DNA from: Pocillopora damicornis | Lineage: Eukaryota | NCBI RefSeq assembly: GCF_003704095.1 | Contig: NW_020846501.1 | Span: forward strand, 434,001 to 498,000 | Reading direction: 5' to 3' | DNA length: 64,000 bases | Part shown: one piece after another, positions 53,601 to 62,600 of the stretch | How positions within the stretch are numbered: position 1 is the stretch's first letter | Layout of the letters: each line of letters starts with the position of its first letter | Notes under the pieces: generated by a model | The model's database searches: none | Seen by the model: the letters and a program-made list of their open reading frames with translations, nothing else | What the model was told of the DNA's origin: nothing | Made by a program: the position numbers and the translations under genes

Positions 53601-56600
53601 TCATTCACACAACAATGTAAGTTGTTTTGTAGAACTCATTACTGTTATCCATCCGTGGTAGGTTTGTGGCAAAGTCTTCTGCAGAATTTTTCTGGATTTT
53701 TCTTGGTTATGTTAATTTTGTTTTTTTAATCGAAGTGTTTATGTCTTCTACAGGCAAGAAACCTGCACCCAGATTCACTCAACCGTTGGAAGAGACTCAA
53801 GCTACCATCGGAGGGACAGCGAGACTGAAATGTCGCCTAAATGCCACAGCCAAACCTAATATTGAATGGAAAAAGAATGGTCAACCTGTTAGTGAAAACC
53901 GACGGGTGAAAACAGAGTTGGAGGGTGAACTCATCTCACTGGTCATCTCGGACGCTAGGTTTGAAGATAGCGGAGAATACCAGTGTGTTGTTAAGAATAA
54001 GAGTGGAACTGCGTCTTGTAGTACGCGTCTTTTTGTGAGCGAATCGACGAGTAAACCAGAGTTCAAAAAAGTGATGAATGATCTGGAATTACTAGAAGGA
54101 GATGACGCCGTTTTTGAGATTGCAGTTAATGCCAAGCCCGACCCCAAGGTGCAATGGTTCTTGAGAAAAATGCCCATCAAGAGTGAAGGAAAGTACACCA
54201 TCGATGAAGACTCAGAGCGGCAGAGGTTTTCACTCACTATAAGCGATTGCCACACAGAGGACAGTGGTCAGTATCGGTGCCTTGTAACAAACAGCGCTGG
54301 TGAAGTCGCGAGTTCAGCTGAGCTCAAAGTCAGTGATAGACAAGTGGCACCCAGATTTATTCAAGGCACAGAGGAGCAGCTGTTTGAGGTTTGGGAAGGA
54401 GCTCCTGTCAAGCTTGTGGTGCAAGCCAGAGGGAAGCCCACCCCTCAAGTGGAATGGTTTAAGGAGAATCGCCTGGCTCGGAGAGTCAAGCGAGTTGAGC
54501 TGGAGACCGAAGATGACCAGAGCATTCTGTTGATTCCCAAGGCAGTCCCAGATGATTCAGGGAATTACCGAGTTGAAGCCACGAACTCCGCTGGAACAGC
54601 TGTCAAACCATTTGTTGTTAAAGTCAATGGTAGGCTTAAAATTCAAGTATTTGTCAAACATTACTTTAAAAAAAAAACACTAGAAAAGTCAAGATAAGTT
54701 ATTAGGGCTGTCAAATAATAAAACTTGGTAATTAGAGTATCATATTTTTAAAGAAAAATTGCCACAACTTAGCGGAGATTTTTTGATATGTGACACTGAG
54801 GTAAGGAATGTTCTTATAACAGCCTTCCATTAGTTGGATACTTTTTGCTCATAATTCCTTACACAGAAGCCAGACTCTAAGACAACAGAGGTTGAGTCTT
54901 TAAAGCGAATTAAATGAGTGTTATTCTGGTTCACAGCTCAAAAGCTTGTTCTTAGACGAGAACCAGTTCCTGCCGGAGCTGTAAAACCAGAATTCATTCA
55001 GCGACTTCAGGACGTTGAGATCGTTGAAGGGAGTGCTGCTAAGTTTGATGTCCGTGTCAAAGGTAAGATTAATTCTAATCCTCTATTGAATTTAGTCAGC
55101 CTTATTCCTTGAATATTTCCTGATATTGCGGCAACTGTAGTGCTTGTAATCTCAACAATTTGATCATTTCATTTTAAATAAGAAATAATACCAAAGGCGA
55201 TAATGTAACTGAACGCACACCACACAAAACAAAAAATAACTCAGTCACAGTTAAATGGGAGTGGGGGAATTAATTGGCCTTTGTTTTGGTTGTTATGATA
55301 TCTTGTCGATATTATGGTTTCCGTCTATTCAGGGACACCCGAGCCGGAGGTGGACTGGTACAAAGACAACCGTGTGATACGTGAAGGCGGTCGAATGAGA
55401 TTCTTGTTTGAAGACGACGGTTTGTGTTCACTGCTCATAAGAGAGGCTGAATCATCTGACCGAGGGCGTTACAAGTGCGTGGCGAGTAATCCAGCCGGCA
55501 AAGTTCAGTGCAGTGCAGAACTATTCATAGAGAGTAAGTATCTAATTTTCTTGTTAAACGCTGTCATTAACTTTGTTTTTTGTGATAGAAATCAAGCAAC
55601 ACGGTGTTTTTTTTGTTTGTTTGTTTGTTTTTTTGTAATGTTACCATAAGCTTGTTGTTTCACTAAAATTGTTACTTTCTCTTTCGTGCACAGGCCATGG
55701 TTTTGATTCTACCAGTGGCTCTGATCACGAGAGACGTCTTTCACGGTGAGTTACGATCACTCAATAAGCACACAGCAAATATTATTAAAAAGATTGTTCA
55801 GTTGGCAAATGAATCCTATGCTTCGCGAGGGAGACATACTTGTGTAATATATTTTTTAACATGAGCTTCCCATTTTGTTTCGAGAAAGGACATGTTTAAT
55901 CCAGGATTGAATATCTTACGACTTATATAAATTGTTTATTTTTTCTTTTGTCAGAGAGTCAACTTTTGATATGCTGTCGGACGACACAGAAGATGAAGTT
56001 GAATCATCCTCCTCAAGTGGTCCACCTAAGCTTCCTCCAGACATAACGCTTGTGTTACGCAACCGTGACGTGAAGGAGGGTGGCGTGACAAAGTTTGCTT
56101 GTCGAGTGGTTAGCAGTAGTAGCGTGACTGCTGAGTGGTACAAAGATGATCAGCTTGTCAATAAATGGCCCCGCTTCACTTGTGAACGTGATGAGGATCT
56201 TTATGCTTTGAACATCACAGACGCCAAGAGGACAGATGCAGGACACATTCGATTTGTGGCACGGAACGAGTTTGGTCAGGTTGAGAGCAATGCATACCTC
56301 AATGTTGAACGTGAGTAGCACCAATTTGGGAATTTTATGATAATTTGGTTCTAAAGGTCAACTCAAGGTGGTGGCACCTTATGCTCTTCGTTTGGTCATG
56401 GGCTGATAATTTTTTTTTTGACAATTTTATCGTTTGGTAATGAATTCGGTTAAGCGGTGTGTTCGTGTGGTGATCTGAGAATTTTTTGGCCCTATTTCAG
56501 CTGACATGGAACCTGAATTCGAAGGAAACACACCAAGGTTTATTCAGAAACTTAAAGATGTTGATGCAGTGCCCGGTAAAACGGCGAGACTGGAGTGCCG

Positions 56601-59600
56601 TGTGATCGGCGACCCGCGGCCGGATATCCGATGGTACAGAGAGAACGAACCCTTGCTCGAGGGAGGGAGGTACAAGTTTGAGGATGATGATGACAGACAA
56701 GTGCTTGTCATAGATGACGTGTGCGGAAGTGACGAAGGCATGTACAAGTGCGTGGCAAGGAACAGCGCCGGCAAGGCTCACTGCTCAGCAGATTTGTATA
56801 TATTACGTAAGCGATTAATTTGTGTTGTCTGCTTCTTTGTTTATTGTCATTCATTTGTTTCTGCTTCTTATAATTCCCTCTTATAAAAACAATTGATCGT
56901 TCGCATCGCTTCCTCTGTGAAATTATTCCCTCTGCCTCCAATAAGCCATTTGCTGTCTTTTAATCACAGAAACAGATGACGAAGAGAGCGAATCAGCTGG
57001 TGAACAAGAACTAGAGGAAGAGAAGTATGTTACAAACAAAATTTTCACTGTTTGATTAATCTTCGTGTAAAGCCGCAGTTGGTTTGACAAACGGCAAATA
57101 AATTTTCCTTTAGATATTGATTATATAAGAATGAAAGTTGAGCGACCCTTTGAGTGGATGGAAATTAACAAATTGTGGTTTTTTGTGTAGACGAAAACAA
57201 CGTGTTTCTACGGAAGCATCACCAGTGATTGAGACCCTCATCTCGCCTGATTCAGCTCAGGTAGAGAAGTCAGAACCACCCTTGCCAACAACTCTAAAGA
57301 CACAATCCAAACCGGAGCCTCCAAAACCAAAAGAACGTCTCCGACAACCAGAATTTATTCTAAAGCTTCGAGATAAGTCAGCGGTTGAAGGCAGCTCAGT
57401 TCGCTTGGCATGTCGGGCCATGGGAACACCGGAACCTGGATTCCAGTGGTACAAGGATGGCGAACCAATTAGCGCAGGAGGACGGTTTGACATCAACCAA
57501 TCAGTGAGCGGATTTACGCTTGTGATCAAAGAATGTCAGTTGGAAGACTCCGGTGAATATCAATGTGAAGCCACAAACAAAGTAAGCAGCGTCAGCACCT
57601 CCGCTAAAGTCACTATTACAGGTTGGTCTCATTCGTTTTCTATGTTTAATTACCCAGAATTTATATGAAGACCTTACAACATTACCTTGATTTGTAAACC
57701 CTTTGATTGTTTCGAGGAAGTCTTTGACTGTCTTGGTTTTTTAAAGGGAGTAAAGATGTAAACAGTTCAGAAGAAAAGAAAAACGGAAATAGTTTGACCT
57801 AACAATTCTTTTTTGTTGTTAAAATTTGTTTAGCACTCTCCAAACCTCGTCAAGAAGTAACGGTTAGTCCAAAATTTGAACAGAATTTCACTGAGACAAA
57901 AATCACTGAGGGAGAGGACATTAAACTGACAGCTAAGGTGTCGGGTAATCCAGTCCCAGATGTGATATGGCAGAAGGGAGGCAAGCCAATCAGAGAAGGC
58001 CGTCGAATTAAGATTGACAAGAGCAAAAATGGGGTGCATTCACTTCGTATACCCCGTGCACAGGCTGATGATGGAGGAGAGTACACGTGCATAGCAAGAA
58101 ACAAGGCAGGGGAGGCTTCATGTTCTGCTAAGCTTACTGTTGAAGGTGTGGAGGGCTACTTTTATTACAACTTGGTAAAATTATTTCGATTTGATATGAT
58201 GGTCGGTATACATCTTTCTTTCCCTTCAGTGATAATCGTAGTTGCGCTCGTTCGTCCCCCAGTGGGTAATTTTGTCTCCTTATTGCAGTCGCTCCGTCCG
58301 CCCTTTTTTATTGTTTGATCATTGTAAACTTGTCAATCCAACCATTCGTTTGCCCATCGTTCGTTTAATCCATTCGCTTCTTCGTCTTATGTATTGGCAC
58401 TGGCCTGTCTTCGCTCTTTTGAGACTCATGCTTTTGTCTCTTTGTTTCTTTACAGCTCCCAAGCCAGAAATCAAGGAGGGTGTTATGTCACTGTAAGTCA
58501 ATTTATCGCCTAAACTTACTCTTGAAAATTCTTGTTACTTCATGTTTCTTTTTGTACGTCTTTTCTAATCATACGATCCTTGTTTTGTCTTTCAGTCCTA
58601 AGAAGCCAGTTGACGAGGACATTGTAGTAATGGCCACAGACATTCCAGTGTCGCGTGAACGTGAGCTTGAGAGTGGTACTCCTGCGACCCCTCCTAAGTT
58701 TGATCAGACGATGCAGACAGCAGAAGTTGTAGAAGGAAGCGCGGCGCGATTTGATGTCACGGTCACTGGAAGCCCTGTCCCGAAAGTACGCTGGCTAAAG
58801 GATGACAAACTGCTTGAGGAGAACCGAAAAATCCGGTTTGATGAGGATGACGACGGAGTGTTCTCCCTATTTGTTAATGATGTTGTTGTAGACGATGAGG
58901 GTGTGTACAAGTGTGAAGCAACAAATGTCAAAGGAGAAGTGACCTGCAGCGCAGAGCTAATAGTAGAAGGTTAGTTGCCTTTGATGCTTTTCTTCGCTCA
59001 GTTATCTAAAAAGACTCAAGAAACATATATCATGTCAGGATTAAAGGTTAATACTGGTTGAAAACCTCTGAGCTCAATGATTGTCATTGCCGATCTTTTT
59101 TCACCAGAACTTCATTTGAGGGAGATATCGAAAGCCTAATGTTTCACCCTGAACAAACCCTCTCATCTTTTCTAAGGAATTAAAATTTGAAGAGCTCTAC
59201 TGAATTCGAGGCATTTCAGATGTGATTGTTTGTTTGTTCATTTTCACACAGGCCTTGAAGAATCAACAGGAGATGAGAGTGAGGAAACTTCGGAAGATGA
59301 GTTACAGTCCAAGGAAGAACTTCCAATAAAGTAAGATAAGATGGGGTGTGACGCTCGCCCACATACGGCTCACGATGGAAAATTAGCTGGATTGTCAATG
59401 ATGGCCATCAATTAGTTCAATACCCAACGGAGTTTTTGTTATAACTCCATTGCTTTCATTTTACTTTTTATTGTGCCTACTCTTCTAGCTTTGTGAACCT
59501 TATATATTCAGAAAAAAATTAATTTAAGACCCTCCTTTTCCTGATTTTCGGTTGGCTTCTATTTGCTAATTTCTTGTCGCTTATTCCCATTCTAGGGAGG

Positions 59601-62600
59601 CGCCGAAACCTACTGACAAGAAAGTGGCGCCCCCACCTGCACCAAAACCAAAGCCTGCAGTTAAATCAGGTCAGGCAAGATGTAAACAATTATCCTTTAC
59701 TCCAACACCGACTCTTGGTCGAGGCGTTAAACGTGGATGCGTTTGAATATTTCGACTGATTTTTGTTTCGTTTCTTTACCCCTAGTTCCAAAACCGGTTT
59801 TCTCATCAGAGCTTCAAGACAAACAGGTTAAAGAAGGAGACAATCTGACGCTAGACGTTCGAGTACCACTCGAGTGCAAAGCCGAGGTCACGTGGTACAA
59901 AGACGACCACGCTCTGAAAGAGGACCATCATATTGCCATTATCTCCGCTGGAGAGATGCAAGCAGTTAACATCTTCGATGTGTCAGTCAAAGATGAGGCG
60001 GTCTACCGTTGTGTTGCCGCCAATGATGATGGATCAGTTTCTACTGATTGTGAAGTGCTTGTTGAAGGTATCCACTCTATTTTGTTAGCAGTATGAATTC
60101 ATAATAATGTGGCTATATATGTAACGTCATCAACGACAACACCTTTGTGCTATTACACTGGCGAATTGTTAGGATTTCCGGATTTCGGTGTAACAAATGG
60201 TTGACAAAAAGGGGGGAACTATACAATGGTTGAATTGAATTGTTTTTGCGTTAAGACTATCATTTTGTGCTTTTATTTTTACAGAGAAAGTCAAAGTTCC
60301 CCAAACAGTAATGAACCGCGGGTGAGTACATCGTGATTCTTGCTTGAAATGTGGTTTACACATAATTCTTAGATTGATCTTAAAATTCACATATCTGTGG
60401 AAAACATGTCCCCCTAATTTACGTCCTTATCGGTAAATTTTTTTCATGGTTCGTTTTGAAGTACACTCGCTCCATGAAATTAATTGAGCAAACTCGTTCC
60501 GACTGCCAACAGCAAAATCACTGATATTAGTTGATTAGGAGGATGACTGCAGTTGAATTTATTTTAACGAAGCAAGAATCCTGTAATTATTTTCGCCGTG
60601 AAAATGTTTGAACTCATCGTTCAGTGTCGAGCACACTTGGGATCTCTGTTTGCATTGGAAAAGATCTGAGTTCGATGTTAATTAATACTGTTCCTTTTTT
60701 TTTATTTCAATCTCAGTCGCCTTTCCCAAATGGCGCCCGAATTTGTTCAAGAATGTAGCGACCTGTGTGTGGTAAAGAATTCCACTGCACAACTAGAAAT
60801 AATAGCCGCTGGCAGCCAACCACTGCAGATTCGATGGTTTAAAGACAACGAGCCGATCAAGTATGGAAAGCGGTTGAAGTTGTCGTCTGATGGAGAACAT
60901 TGCTCGCTCAAGATTTCTCCTATTGAGATTCAGGATCAAGGAATTTACAAGTGTGTTATATCTAATAAGGCTGGAACCCAGTCCTGCGAGGCCAAGTTAA
61001 CAGTGGGAGGTTGGTAATGCTTTGCTGGAATGTACATGTTTTTCAAAATGTTTGTAAACCGGCAATGTACCCACATGATGCTTCACGCTTACTGATGGTT
61101 GTGTAGGTGATATTGTTTAAAGGAATGTTGTCGTGTGTTAGAAGATTATATAACTCTCGGGATGTTTCTTCAACATAACAATATTAATAAATTATTGCTC
61201 TTTTCTTTGTGTATAGAATCGGTAGACTTTAAAGAAAGTACCGATGGCACAGCCCCAGGTTCCCCAGTGGCAAAGCGGCCATCCAGGTCAAAGAGTGGTG
61301 CTAAACCGACTATTGTCTCTCCACTGGAGGATATTGAAGTTAATGATGGAGAAAATGTCACTTTAGAGGTATAATAACACATATCTTATTATTCGTGGAA
61401 TTTTATTAATAGGGCACATACTTAAATCTATTCTGAACAGCTGACAAGGAATAGTCGCTGAAATGGTAACAGGACGTATTCGAGCCTAATATGGAATTTG
61501 TTACATTTCCTTTTTTAGGTGACTTCCGGTCCTGAACCCATTGACAACATCGAGTGGTTCAAAGACAATGACCTCATCCGCTCTCAGCCTCGGTTCACTC
61601 AGTCATCAGCGGGCGAGCAACACACCTTGGACATTCAGTCAGTCACTGTCGATGACGAAGGAATTTATAAATGTGTGCTGCTCAATAGCTGGGGCATTGC
61701 TTCGTGTTCGGCTGAAGTCCTAGTGGAAGGTGAATGCCATCGAATTGCCTCAAGCATTGCAAAAGTAACCTTTTTTCGGTCGCAAGTTTGTTCCATCTGA
61801 AAGAAAATCTCCTTGATGGCAACTTGCAGAGTTATTCTTGTAACATTTTTCACGCTAATTGCCCCTTAATTTTGCCTCTGATTGTTGTTGTCCTTCTTTC
61901 ATATTAGAATCAATGTCAGAATCTTCATCCCAAGATGACGAACAACTTGAAAAGTTTAACGCCCGTATGGAACGTCGGAGATCACGTGACAGTGTCTGCG
62001 AGCCAGAATTCCAACAAGAGCTTAGCAACAGCGATGTCTTTGTTGGGGATACTGTATACTTTACTGTCAAGTCAAGGGGCATACCGGAACCGAAAGTCTC
62101 ATGGTACAGGAACGGAGAGCTCGTGAAGGAAGACTCTCGAGTGAAGTTTATCAAAGATTCGCAGAGTGGAAACTATTCCCTTCTTATCAACAAAGTGACC
62201 GTGGAGGACGAGGGCGAGTATCGTTGTGTGGCTTCCAACATGGGGGGATCTGTTGCCTGTCAAGCAAAACTTTTGGTTAAAGGTAAATGTCAAAGGGTAA
62301 TGTGCATGGTGCCAAATCATAGAATTTTGTTTTGGGGTTATGTGCCTCAAGTATTCCTCAAATGATAATTCGTTGAAGTTTATGATGACTTTGAAGAGAC
62401 ATTGTATTAAAATTGTCTTTTCAAAGACAAAATAAAGACGCTTCTGATGTTCGGTAGCACGTCGACATAACTCAGAATGAACAGACATGGAATAGCAAGT
62501 CCGATGTTTTTATTGAAATTTTTTATTATATCCAATGCAAACAAATGTCGTGTTAGTGAAAGAAACTGGACCAGACCTCCATTTAGTGACTGAATATTGC

